From Chiloscyllium plagiosum (Eukaryota), in contig NC_057752.1 of the NCBI RefSeq assembly GCF_004010195.1, positions 7,914,835 through 7,978,834 of the forward strand: a DNA stretch of 64,000 nucleotides, in the 5' to 3' direction. The position numbers and the translations under genes are program-made. The notes beneath the pieces are model-generated. The model saw only the letters and a list, made by a program, of their open reading frames with translations. It made no database searches and was not told the origin of the DNA. This document shows, piece after piece, positions 38,032 to 50,700 of this stretch (the first letter of the stretch is position 1; every line of letters starts with the position of its first letter).

Positions 38032-38744
38032 GTAAGGGTTTGAGAGGCAGTCTTTGTATTCTTTGTATTTTACTGCTGACTTACTACACTACACAGATCG
38101 ATAAAATCTGTGGACTGCTTCATAGGTCCTATACTGACTTCATTTTATAGTCACTTAAGTCCTTTATTCACTTAATGAATGGAATACTAGGATATGCATT
38201 TTGAATTCTCTCTTTTCTTTCCTTTTTATCTTCTTTCCTATCAATATACATTTGTTGCTTTGTGGAGCGATTCCTGTAGATTTAGGAATATTATAGCTGT
38301 GTCACCTCTCTTTGGCTGCTGCAGTTAGTCATATATTTATTTCCAGTGGAAGAATTTTCAATATTGTAATATTGTTTCAGTTAATTATAGTAAATTGTCA
38401 AATTATTTTTGAGAACGTGCAGATGGTACTGAATTCCTATATTGAAAATTATGTCATCAATTATTGTCATCCTTTAAAGGGTGTTGATCCTTCTTCATTG
38501 ACATACCACTTCAATCATTTAGAAGCACTTCATAAAACGTTTCCTAAATTTGTGCAAAATTTTCTCTCCTTTCCCAGAGTTGTTATTATTACTATTATTA
38601 TTGTTATTATTGTTTAAATTGGAAATAATTGAAATAACATTGTGATATTGTCATTAAGTAAAATTTGTAGTATAGAATCAGATTCAGCTCAACTGGTTTA
38701 TGTTTCAGCTGAGTCTCCTGTCACGGCCACTTCATCACCCTGTA

Positions 38745-39070
38745 AGACCATAAGATGTAGGAACAGGAGTAGGCCTGTCAGCATATTGAGTCTGCTCCTC
38801 CATTCAATATGATCGTGGCTGATAATCCTCAACTCCACTTTCCTGCCATATCCCCATATGCCATGATTCCTTTGCTGATTAAAAATCTGCAGCCCAGCCT
38901 TGAATATACTTAATGAACCAGCCTTTACAGGCAACAGTTGTAAAGAATTTCACAGATTCACTCCTCTCTGAGAGAAGAAATTCATCTTCATCTCTGCCTT
39001 GAGATGATGCCCTCTGGTCCTAAAGTCTCCAAAGTGGCAACAATCTTTCCACATTTCCCCTGTCAAGTTC
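38745..39070 (-). mobile_element. CR1 3' fragment
   Basis: taagaccataaga tail and 3' UTR homology. Confidence 0.7.
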
Positions 39071-39404
39071 ACCCCTATTCATTTTATCATGATCTATCCT
39101 GATTTTAGCAAAAAACAATAAGTTTTGCCAGATCCCTTTGAGCTTGCAGAACTGAACATGAAAGTCTCACTCCATGTTTCCTCACATCCCCTCTAATCCT
39201 TCTATCAATCGTCCCTTCTCTTCTATCCATTGAAGGAAAGCATTCCACGTGCCTTCTTTACAACCTTATCTACCTGTCCTGCCATCCACAGGAACCTATG
39301 GATTTACACTCTCTCTGACTACCTTGATCTCTTTCAATACCTTCCCGTTTATTGTCTGTTCTCTTGCTTTGTTTACCTTCCCCCAAATGCATAACCTGAC
39401 ACTT

Positions 39405-40690
39405 ATAGAATATAGAACATTACAGCACAGTACAGGCCCTTCGGCCCTCGATGTTACGCCGCCCTGTCATACTAATCTGAAGCCCATCCCACCTACACTA
39501 TTCCATGTACATCCATTTGCCTGTCCAATGACGACTTGAATGTACTTAAACTTGGCGAATTTACTACTATTGCAGGCAAAGCATTCCATACCCTTACTAC
39601 TCTTTGAGTAAAGAAACTACCTCTGACATCTGTCTTATACCTATCTCCCCTCACTTTAAAGTTGTGCCCCCTCGTGTTTGCCGTCCCCATACTTGGAAAA
39701 AGGCTCTCCCTGTCCACCCTATCTAACCCTCTGATTATCTTGTATGTCTCTATTAAGTCACCTCTCAACCTTCTTCTCTCTCATGACAACAGCCTCAAGG
39801 CCCTCAACCTTTCCTCGTAAAACATTCCTTCCATACCAGGCAACATCCTAGTAAATCTCCTCTGCACCCTTTCCAAAGCTTCCACATCCTTCTTATAATG
39901 CGGTGACCAGGACTGTACATAGTACTCCAAGTGTGGCCATACCAGAGCTTTGTACAGCTGCAGCATAACCTCCTGGTTCCGGAACTCAATCCCTCTATTA
40001 ATAAAGGCCAAACACTGTGTATGCTTTCTTAACAACCCTGTCAATCTGGGTGGCAACTTTCAGGGATCTGTGTACATGGACACCAAGATCTCTCTGCTCA
40101 TCTGCACTCCCAAGAATCTTACCATTAGCCCAGTACTTTGCATTCCGATTACTCCGTCCAAAGTGTATCACCTCACACTTGTCTACATTAAACTCCATTT
40201 GCCGCCTCTNNNNNNNNNNNNNNNNNNNNNNNNNNNNNNNNNNNNNNNNNNNNNNNNNNNNNNNNNNNNNNNNNNNNNNNNNNNNNNNNNNNNNNNNNNN
40301 NNNNNNNNNNNNNNNNNNNNNNNNNNNNNNNNNNNNNNNNNNNNNNNNNNNNNNNNNNNNNNNNNNNNNNNNNNNNNNNNNNNNNNNNNNNNNNNNNNNN
40401 NNNNNNNNNNNNNNNNNNNNNNNNNNNNNNNNNNNNNNNNNNNNNNNNNNNNNNNNNNNNNNNNNNNNNNNNNNNNNNNNNNNNNNNNNNNNNNNNNNNN
40501 NNNNNNNNNNNNNNNNNNNNNNNNNNNNNNNNNNNNNCCTTTTTGAACAAGGGAACCGCATTTGCTATCCTCCAGTCCTCAGGCACTATTCCTGTAGACA
40601 ATGATGATTTGAAGATCAATGCCAAAGGCTCGGCAATCTCTTCCCTTGCTTCCCAGAGGATCCTAGGATAGATCCCATCCGGCCCAGAGG
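39405..40690 (-). mobile_element. CR1 containing an assembly gap (N 40210-40537)
   Basis: ORFs 39493..39768 and 39781..40056. Confidence 0.9.
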
Positions 40691-41106
40691 ACACTTCTCC
40701 AGTTTGAATTCCGTTTGCCAGTTTTCCACCGATGCAATCAAACCATTGATATTTTCCTGCAGACAACATCCATCCTCTTCACTATCAACTATCCAGCTAA
40801 ATTTTGGGTCTTCTGTGAAGTTTCCCAATTATGCCTCTCACATTTGAGTCCCTTGGGTTTAATTTGCCTCCAAACTACTGACTTTCCCATTCTAATAGTT
40901 GTGACTACAAGTTACATTCACCTGTCAGCTAGGGAACAAAAAAAAGAACATGGATAGCAACCCACAAAAGTCACCACACTCACTGGCACTGGAAGAGTTA
41001 AAATTACAGAAGTCTCCTGCTGAAAATGATCTCTACAATACAATGAAATCTACACATGAAATATGTACAAAAGTTTTGCTGAATGTTGGTTGGTTGGTTG
41101 TTGCAG

Positions 41107-41238
41107 GAATCTGAAGCTTCATTCCAAGGAGATCCCTGATCCGTATGTCTCTCTAATTCTGCTTCCTGACAAAAATCGAGTGACAAAGAGGAAGACAAGT
41201 ATAAAAAAGAAAACAATCAATCCAGAGTATAATGACAT
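41107..41238 (+). CDS. ESYT1: ESYT1 exon, NLKLHSKEIPDPYVSLILLPDKNRVTKRKTSIKKKTINPEYND (C2E basic patch)
   Basis: ttgcag|g aat...gac at|gtaagg, 132 nt, phase 2-2. Confidence 0.93.
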
Positions 41239-41269
41239 GTAAGGAGCGCACATTACTTGAGGAACTTAT

Positions 41270-43190
41270 GGAGTGGGTGAGAGAATGTGAGCTTATCCAC
41301 TTTGGGAGGAAAGACAGAAAGGCAGATTTTTATCTAAATGACAATAGGTTGAGAAAGGCAGGGGTACAGCGAGACTTGGGTGTCCTTGTACACCAGTTAC
41401 TGAAAGTAAGCATGTCGGTACATCAAGCAGGGAAGAAGGCAAATGGGACGTTGGCCTTCATAACGAGTGTCACAGTCATAAAGCCTGGAAACAGACCCTT
41501 CCATCCAACTAGTCCATGCCAACCATGTTTCCAAACTAAAATCGTCCCACTTCTCTCCGTTTGGCCCATATCCCTCCAAACCTTTCCTATTCATGTACTT
41601 ATCCAAATGTCTTTTGAATTTTGTAACTGTACCTGCATCCACCACCTCCTCTGCCAGTTCATTCCACAAATGAACCACTCTCTCGAAAAAATGTTGCCCC
41701 TCAAGTCCTTTCTAAAACTTTCTCCTCTCACCTTAAAAATATGCCCTCTAGTTTTGAACTCTCCCACCTGAGGGAAAAGACCCTTGCTATTCACCTTATC
41801 CATGTCCCTCATGATTTTATAAACCTCCATAAGGTGATCCCTCAACCTCCTACACTCAAGTGAAAGAAGTCCCATCCTATCCAGCCTCTTCCTATTACTC
41901 CATTCTAGGCAACATCCTTGCAAATCTTTTTTAAACCCTCTCCCATTTAATAATATCCTTCCTAGCAGGGTGACCAGAACTGCACACAGTTCTCCAGCAG
42001 AGGCCTCACCAGTATCCTGTAAAATCTCGACATGATGTCCCAATTCCTATACTCAATGAACTGAGCAGTGAAGGCAAGTGTGCTGAACGCCTTCTTAACC
42101 AGCCTGTCTACCAGTGATGCAAATTTCAAAGGCTTAGGTACTTGAAGCCCTAGGTATCTCTGTTCTACAACACTACCCAGGGCTCTACCATTAATTGTAT
42201 AAGTCCTGCCCTTGTTTGTTGTACTAAAATGCAATACCTCTCATTTATCCAAATTAAACTCCATCAACCCATTTCCTAATTGATCAAGATCTCTTTGTAA
42301 TCTTAGTTAACATTCTTCACTGTCCACTATACCACCAATCTTGGTGTCATCTGCAAACTTATTAACCATGTCTCCTATATTCTCATCCAAATCATTTATA
42401 TAAATGACAAACAAAAGTGGACCCAGCACCGATCCCTGTGGAACACCGCTGTTCACAGGCCTCCAGTCCAAAAAATAATCCTCCACCACCCACTGGATCT
42501 CCTACTGTCAAGCCAATTTGTATCCAATTGGCAAGCTCACCCTAAATCACATGTTATCTAACTTTACTAATTAGGACCTTATCAAAGGCTTTACTGAAGT
42601 TCAGGAGCAAGGACGTGTTACCTGCAGTTATACAGGGCCTTGTTGAGTACTGTGTGCAGTTTTGGTCTCTTTATTTGAGGAAGGATGTTATAGCTATGGA
42701 GGGAGTGTAACAAGGGTTTACCAGTCTGATTGCTGGGCTGGCAGAATTGATAATATGAAGAGAGATTGGATTGATTAGGATTATATTCACTGGATTTTTG
42801 TTTGTGGGGGGGTGGAAGAATCTCATAGAAACCTATAAAATTCTAACAGGACAAGATGCAGGAAGGATGTTCCTGATAACCAGGGAGTCCAGAACCAGGG
42901 GTCACAGTTGAAGGATACAGGATAGGCCATTTAGGACTGAGATGAGGAAACATGTATTCACCCAGCCTGTCGAATTCTCTGCCACAAAAAACAACTGAAA
43001 CCAAAATGTTGAATGTTTTCTAAGAAGGAGTTGGATATAGTTCTGAGGGGGCTAAAGGGATCAAAAGTTATCGGGAGAAAGTAGGAACTGGGTACTGAGT
43101 TGGATGGTCAGCTATGATCATATTGAATAATAGAGCAGATCCGAAGAGTTAAATAGCCTAATCCTATTCCTCTGTTTTCTATGTTTCTGT
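41270..43190 (+). mobile_element. CR1 3' region interrupted by an antisense CR1 (about 41470-42600)
   Basis: The + element breaks after ggccttcataacgag and resumes at ttcaggagcaaggacgtg. Minus ORFs 41591..42043 and 42307..42489. Confidence 0.85.
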
Positions 43191-44005
43191 GGAGGAGAAG
43201 GAAGAGAAACTGAAGGAATAAGAAATCAAGGAAAAAGGAGGGAAGAGTAAATGAAAAACAGAGGGAAAGCGGGCCAAAACAATTATAGATTTATTAACAG
43301 GCTTGGAACTAAGAAAGGAAATACCCAATATACCGAAAGAGGCAGTGTTATTGTCAGGATACTTTGAAATAATAGTGGTAACATAATTGTAAATTTTTAA
43401 TCATCCTGCTGTGTTGAACCTTTATTTCAACATAAAAATGAAGCCACCAAATTTGACCTTTGCACATGTTTACAACTTCCAAGAATGCGAGAGAAATGTA
43501 TGACTTGAGGGAATTTTAGTAGAATAGTAGGCACATAACTTGTATTTTACTGTATTTTATAAACAATATTACAGCACTTCGAATAATCTGATTAGATTCC
43601 CTATTCAAGTTGCCTCCACAATCACAGTAAATTATTTTTAATTGGTTTGTGAAATGTTCTACACAACTCCTTTACATTCAAATCAGAAGAAATCTGTCCC
43701 TTTTACCCCATATCTGGAACACCCTCTTGAGGGAAAAAGTTGGTTTGGAGTCAGTTGAAATATTGGAAATGGGTATGAATTAAAATCTGTCAAGAAGAGG
43801 GACTCATAAGTTAGTAAGGCAATAAAAACATTTCAATTTATTTTTTTTTCTCTCTCTGGAAAGGTTGTGGCAGGAAGCTGGTGTCCCTAAAATCAGGGAT
43901 CAACAGTTAGTGTGGTAAGGAATACATATAGGGACTCTGGATGCATCTAGGCTGAATGGTCTTTACTTGTTCTGGACCTTGTGCTTTTTGTTCCCCCCCC
44001 ATTAG

Positions 44006-44102
44006 ATTTGAGTTTGAAATATCATTGGAGGAAGCACAGAAAAGAAAACTGGAGCTCACTGTGAAGAACAGTGTTTCCTTCATGTCCAGAGAGATTGGAA
44101 AG
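44006..44102 (+). CDS. ESYT1: ESYT1 exon, FEFEISLEEAQKRKLELTVKNSVSFMSREIGK (C2E)
   Basis: cattag|a ttt...aag|gtattg, 97 nt, phase 2-0. Confidence 0.92.
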
Positions 44103-44517
44103 GTATTGTACACTTGTGCAATTTGCACAAAAATTGTAACTGTGTAACAATTCAACATAACTCATTCATAATTCCAATGCAAATTATTTTAAAATTATCA
44201 CGATTCAATAGCCAGAAGCTGCATTAATCCTGAGGATTGTTATGACACTGGGATAGCAACTTAGATCATCTGAGACTAGATAGCGCTGAATTTGCAACAC
44301 AGTGAATTTAAAACATTCAATGACCCTAAATTGCTTATTTGTCCCTAACTAGATTTCACAAATAATCAATTGCGGAACAAAGTTTATAACTTAAACAAAA
44401 ATTAACAATTATTAATAATATAACTTTGCAGAACATAGATAACTATAAGGCAATCTAATTAATATATCTGATCTGAGGCCAATCTTCTTTGATCACCAAC
44501 CCCCCCACCTCCCCCAT

Positions 44518-45153
44518 TGTTATGGACTAGGCCAGACAACTCAAAACATTCTTAAACAGGCAGCCCAGACCATAACTTTGCAATTTGTTTCAGCAAGTGT
44601 ACAGTGAAAATTACCCAGAGTAAGTCAGCAAGATTGACTACCAGGTTTAAAACAGACAAAACATTTATTCACAAAATTGCACAATGAAACACAAAGAACA
44701 GAATAAAGAACCCCTACAGAACTCAGTCGATCCAAACTAGACTGAAGTATGCTGTTCCGAATACACACAACAGTCCCAATAAGCAAACTCCCTTTAAAAA
44801 CCAGTATGAATGGAACATGTGCTTACTGGTTGAAGTTAGAAGGAGAGAGAGAGTTACTGTTGAACTCTCAGCCAGCTGAAGACTGAACTAAAAACTGCTC
44901 TGCTCAGCTCAGCTGGAGAGCTGACCATTCCCCTTTCCTTATACAGGTCACTTCTAAAGCATGTACAGTTTGGCCTGAAGTCTCATCTGTTTACATATAA
45001 ACAAAAGGCCTCTCAATACCCTTTAATCTCTGTACCAAACCAGACTGATCGGAGCCCAGCCTGGTTTATTACCCCTCTGGAAAAAATCAAGGACAGAGTC
45101 TCCTTGAGCCAAGGAACAGCTTTTAGAAAAGAAAAAGGACTAGCTTTGTGACA
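44518..45153 (-). mobile_element. Solo-LTR-like element
   Basis: TGT...ACA termini, flanks ccat/gcat, minus-strand AATAAA motifs, no coding capacity. Confidence 0.45.
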
Positions 45154-45987
45154 GCATGAACCAACAAACAGACACAATTAAGGGATAAATTAAAAACAAA
45201 AAAAGAATCCTAAGTTACCAGTCCGATTACCATTTCAACAATGGATACCAAGCCTGCATGAAATGCATAGGTTGTATTCTAGGCAAGTAGGATTGTATAT
45301 TGCTTTAATTCTGAAATCACCAGTCAATGCAGACTGGTTCCACAGACCTCTGGAGACTTGTCCTTATTTCTTAGGGACTGGGGTTCTTTTCACTGTACCA
45401 GAGAGTGCAAAATAAAAAAAAACAGTCCTGCAGCTTCCAAAGAAACACTACCGCCTGCCCAAAAGCCCAGTCAAAACACAGTTCACCCTTTGGTTTCTGT
45501 TTATTTTTCAATATTTGCTGGGGTTGGCCGGCCAGCACTGGTCCTCTCTTGATTAACCAATTCAATATCTAACCCACTGCAGTCCCAGAGCATAACAACC
45601 TCTTGGTGCCAGTTCATCTATAGTTTTGTTCGAGCAACACTTAACTTGCATTACCTTTCCAGGCCGGTTTCTAACAGCAAACATCAGTCTTTTGTTCTCT
45701 CCTTTTATTTAAAAAGCAAACTGCTGTTCAGAGTTCAATTCTCAACTCACAGTTCCAAACCAAAAATGAGAAAAATAAAAGAAAAAGAATGATAGTCTGA
45801 TTAGGATTTTATAAGAACCTTGGGTAAATCATGAACTTGCAGGAGGACTCTCTCAGTATGAGAATGTTGGCAGGATTATGATCATTTCCCTCTTGTAACT
45901 ACTTCTAACTAGCTATTATTCTTTGCCCTGTCAGCTTAATTTTACTAAATCTGCATTCCAACCAGGTCCTTTTTGCTTCTTTTCCAG

Positions 45988-46037
45988 CTCCATTTTGATC
46001 TGTCACCACTTGACTTGACTCAGGAGATAACACAGTG
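45988..46037 (+). CDS. ESYT1: ESYT1 exon, LHFDLSPLDLTQEITQ(W)
   Basis: ttccag|ctc...cag tg|gtaagt, 50 nt, phase 0-2. Confidence 0.88.
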
Positions 46038-46394
46038 GTAAGTGAACAATCCATATTGTTCGAATATGAATTGGGCTAAGGAGTTGTATATCACTGTCAG
46101 TTAACAATTTTTATGCGATGTTTACCATATTTTAGCAGTAATTGATCTTTCCCAAGTTCACAGTGATATTTCCGCACCTTCTGATTTTTTTTTCTCCTTT
46201 TCCGTTTTCTTCAATAATGGTAATGGAGATTTTCCCTTAGCTGATGACTACAGAATGTAATATGGTCAATCTCCTCATAGTGAATACAGGGGTTCGGGAT
46301 TCATGTTTTCAGAGAGTGAGCAGCAACAAGTTTTGCAACCCAGGATGATTAGCAGAAATTGTTAATGTGAAGTAAAAGAGCAGTAGAAGTTAAG

Positions 46395-46962
46395 AGGACA
46401 TTGGTTAGGCCACTGTTGGAATATTGCATGCAATTCTGGTCTCCTTCCTATCGGAAAGATGTTGTGAAACTTGAAATGGTTCAGAAGAAATTTACAAGGA
46501 TGTTGCCACGGTTGGAGGATTTGAGCTTTAGGGAGAGGTTGAACAGGCTGGGGCTGTTTTCCCAGGAGTGTCGGACGCTGAGGGGTGACCTTATAGAGGT
46601 TTACAAAATCATGAGGGGCAGGGGTAGGGTAAATAGGCAAAGTCTTTTCCCCGGGGTCAGGGAGTCCAGAACTAGAGGGCATAGGTTTAGGGTGAGAGGG
46701 GAAAGATATAAAAGAGACCTAAGGGGCAACTTTTTCATTCAGAGGGTGGTACGTGTGTGGAATGAGCTGCCAGAGGAAGTGGTGGAGGCTGGTACAATTA
46801 CGTCATTTAAGAGGCATCTGGATGGGTATATGAATAGGAAGGGTTTGGAGGGATATGGGCCAAGTGCTGGCAGGTGGGACTAGATTGGGTTGGGATATCT
46901 GGTCGGCATGGACGAGTTGGACCAAATGATCTGTTTTCGTGCTGTACATCTCTATGACTCTA
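46395..46962 (+). mobile_element. Young CR1 3' fragment
   Basis: ORF 46401..46883, very similar to 760..1263(-). Confidence 0.93.
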
Positions 46963-47259
46963 ATGATTTTGGACCAGTACTGCCATTTCCACATGTTATT
47001 GTATTTTTTTAAAATGGTTTCCTTTGTGACAAATAAATAGTAATACTAGTGTTATCATCAGCTATGTCACTAAAAAGATGAAGACAGTATTAGGCTCAGC
47101 TATACTGTCATTAACAATATTTGTTGTTTAGGCAGGGGTCTGTCATGCAGTGGTAGTGATCCTAATTCTGGGCCAGAAGGTCCAGCTTCAACTCATAGCT
47201 GGCTGGAGGTCTGTTATAACATGTCCAAACAGGTTGATTAAAAAATGCATTAATTGCTT

Positions 47260-47499
47260 AAGTTAAAAATCACACAACACTAGGTTATAGGTCCAACAGG
47301 TTTATTTGGAAGTACTAGCCTTCAGAGTGCTGCTCCTTCATCAGGTAACTAGTGGGGCAGGCTAGTGGCCCCACTGCCACTCGATAAAAGAACAGCGTTC
47401 CGAAAGCTAGTGCTTCCAAATAAACCTGTTGGACCTATAACCTGGTGTTGTGTAATTTTTAACTTTGTCCATCCCAGTCCAACATCGGCACCACCTTAT
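47260..47499. mobile_element. Penelope-type fold-back element (family B), about 12-bp TSD
   Basis: cattaattgYtt at 47248-47259 and 47500-47511. Confidence 0.8.
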
Positions 47500-47678
47500 C
47501 ATTAATTGTTTTGGGTGACATATGAAGGTAACACCATTTTTGTGACCCACTACAGGGTGGTCAGTGTCTTCAAATCTGTTCCACAGTGAGGTGTCAGTGC
47601 TAGAGACAGAAAACATTTTTTAAATTTATTTTTTCAAAAATACTAGATATTAAAATACATTTTCTCTTCATGTTACAG

Positions 47679-47700
47679 GTTCGATTTGAAGGAAGAATAG
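47679..47700 (+). CDS. ESYT1: ESYT1 terminal coding exon, (W)FDLKEE*
   Basis: ttacag|g ttc gat ttg aag gaa gaa tag completes the C-terminal W[YF]DL motif. Confidence 0.88.
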
Positions 47701-50700
47701 AGTGGTTCTGTGGCTTTATTAAACCCAATATTGAGTTTGTTTTTGTTTTATGACCAACTATTTTTAATGGCTTTATTTCAGTTGAAGTATTTTATACCAC
47801 TTAAAGTATTATGTTACAATTTTTAATGACATTTTAAAATCAATTACTATGTTATTTGTTTTAATTCATCAAGTAAGTTCCAGAGACTGCCTTCAGGGAA
47901 TTGAGAAAGCCACATTGCTTATTCACCGTCTACAGCATTAGTCCCTTCTCGTGTTTGAAGTTTATCTAAACATCAGTATGATATCTGTGGGGAAAGAAAG
48001 GAGTGGGGTGGAGATGTTCTTGGAAACTGTGATGCTTTTCAATGACGAGAACAGATTTAGCTCAGACATAATGCAATGGAAATCTATTTATCCTAAGCGT
48101 CCTATGTGAAAGAAGTTCAAGAGGCATCAATGCAATTCTATCATTTAATGTAAAATTGGAGTCTGAATGAAAACTTTATAAGGATTGCTAGTATGAAAAA
48201 TGTAACTTTCACACTGGAAAAGAAGGTGTATAGAAAATGGAACTCAGGCAGGACTGAATTTCATGTTATGATTGATAGAAGTTGTGTAATAGTTGATAGC
48301 AGTGTACTGTTCCAAGAGTGTGGAAAGCAGTCTTGTTCCCTAGCATAGACAACTTTCCAATACTTATTCAAGAAATTAATCCAAAATACTAAATTCTACA
48401 TCATGGAACTTAAAGAACTATCCTGGGATTTACCATAATCTGTATGTTTCTTGTAGCATCCTACAGAACAATAGTGTAGGCTACAGCGTGGACACCAGTA
48501 TTTCAGCAATAGCTCCTCACATACACAGCACATTACCATCCCCCTCTTCAGCAGTGCACCAACAGGAGTTATACCCCCTCCTGTCCTGTGCTACCCACAC
48601 AAACCTGCCCCTTGCCCCCTCGCTCACCTTGGACAAAGTGAGGACTGCAGGTGCTGGAGATCAGAGTCGAAGAGTGTGGTGCTCAAAAAGCACAGCAGCT
48701 CAGGCAGCATCCAAGGAGCAGGAGAGTCGACGTTTCAGGCATAAGCCCTTCATTAGGAGTGATGAAGCCCTCGCTCACCCCACCCTGAGATATAATATTG
48801 GGCTTTGTTTAGTTTATAGACCAATTTTAGTTTAGAATGGGTTGTTATGCATTTAGGCTGAACCAGGTTTGCTGAAGACAAGCAATGAACGAGCCTCTCG
48901 AAATAATAGGGTAGAAATTGCTTGTGTGCGTTTTGGGGCTCAAACCTACTGCAGCATTTGGACATTGGACCTCATTAACATTTTATTTGCCAGAGCACCA
49001 AAACTTTACAGGCAGCTCACACATTGCAGGTGAATATCAGGCCATCAATGCTGCCGAGAGTGTTCCCAAAGTATTCCATAGCAAAGATATTACTCTTACT
49101 CTGTCTGGATCCGTATATGTACCTTTTCCACCAGGGCTGCTCAGGAATTCTGAGTGGCATTGACTCAGCATTTGTTTTAGGTAGCTGCCAAGAAATCCTG
49201 AAAAACAGTCTACATAAATATTGTGCAATATGTCCTCTCACCTTTTTTCCCATAGTGCACTGCAGCTTTAAGTGTGTGGGCCTTTTTCAACTTCCTTGTG
49301 GCACAACACTTAAGGAACATCTTGCAAGGATGTTGCTCCCTACCAGTCCAAATTTATTACTGTTATCCTGTGTTTTTTCTGCCTAGACTTTCTATCCCAG
49401 TTAATACAAAGATATTGAAGGGTTTTAGTGACAACACATTTTAAAATAAAGGTTTCCCATGCTTTGGGTAGAAGCCAGTAGTGTGAACAGCTTTACAATA
49501 TAGTAGAATTGTTCTGGGCTCTGTGAAGTTCCCAAGACAAATGTGCAATTGCAAATGAAACAGATGGAAATATATATGGGTAGTTTATAGTGCATATATA
49601 AACAGCAAAAAAGTTACTATGTTCACAATGCCCTTTAAAGGCAAGCCATGCACTGAGCAAAACTGAGATGAGGTGTGTCAAAACTGGGAAAACTTGCTCC
49701 ACTGGAATATTTGTTGTGCAAGCAGCAGTCTAATTTTAGCAGAAAAGTGTGATTAAGCATGGAAATAACATGTTGAGAACATAGCAACAAGTACCATGTT
49801 AGAATGATGGAAGGCCACAGATGGAGCTATGAGTACTGCCGGACCCTGTTCATAGTTTGACTCCACGGTGAATAAAATTGAATTAACTTCAGAGATAAAC
49901 ATTGTGTACCGTATTAAGATACCTTCTATAACCAAATAGTCCATATTTTGGAGTTTTGCATAAATAGTATGCACAAATGTTTTATGGCTATATACCAGGG
50001 TTTTCAATTGAATCTTTTATGTCATTAGCTTTGAGAAAGCTTTTTGTATACATGTTGTTAAAATGTATTATGTATTCATGCAGCAAAATCAATCATGACC
50101 CAGTGTAACTTTACTCTGTACAGATTTCACTCTGATGCATCCAAGATTTTCACATCAGGTTTTCGATTGTTTAAAAGCTGCAATATGGTTTTCCTGAAGA
50201 TTAACAATACAGCAACACAAACAGAAATTGCTGGAAAAACTCAGCTCATCTGGCAGCATCTGTTGAAAGAGAAATAGAGTTGATGTTTCAGGCCCAGTGA
50301 TCCCCTTCATAATAGCAAGGAAACCACTAATGTTTTTCTTTCCTTTTGTCGACTATCCTTGTACAAGTCTATAGATTCCTTCGATCCATTGATTTTTCCT
50401 TAAATTCTAGGTCCATGATCAATTAATGAAATATCACTCCTGAAAACCAAGACTGATGATATCGTAAAGTAGACTGCCAAGTATTGATATCAGCATTTTG
50501 GAAACTATTTACAAAATGAACGAAGTATCACTGTGGAAAGGGAGGATCTTTCAATACAAAATACTTTACTAAGCAAGTTTTGGGAAGGGTTATTAAATAG
50601 CAAACATTCCAATCTGTGCAAATCCACAAGGAACCTGCAAAAAACCAAATTAGTCTTCTGATTGGAAAAGGTCCACTGAACTACTGTACTCAAGGATCCT

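Larger units (their letters stand above)
4729..47700 (+). other. ESYT1: ESYT1-like gene, 3' portion (20 coding exons, 5' end outside window)
   Basis: The spliced ORF of 2118 nt has consistent phases. Motifs match ESYT1 as recalled: PSAAIxxVYxDxAxDLP, GKSDPYVK, FDKDIDKDDFLGR, PDPYVSLILLPDKNR, SFMSRE. The duplicated C2-pair architecture favours ESYT1 over ESYT2/3. Confidence 0.9.

Noticed and set aside
39950..40769. ORFs of about 190 aa in several frames
   Set aside because: They are artefacts of translating through the N gap at 40210-40537.
49017..49386. Overlapping 60-120 aa ORFs in the putative 3' UTR
   Set aside because: No recognisable domain or splice context; consistent with chance ORFs.
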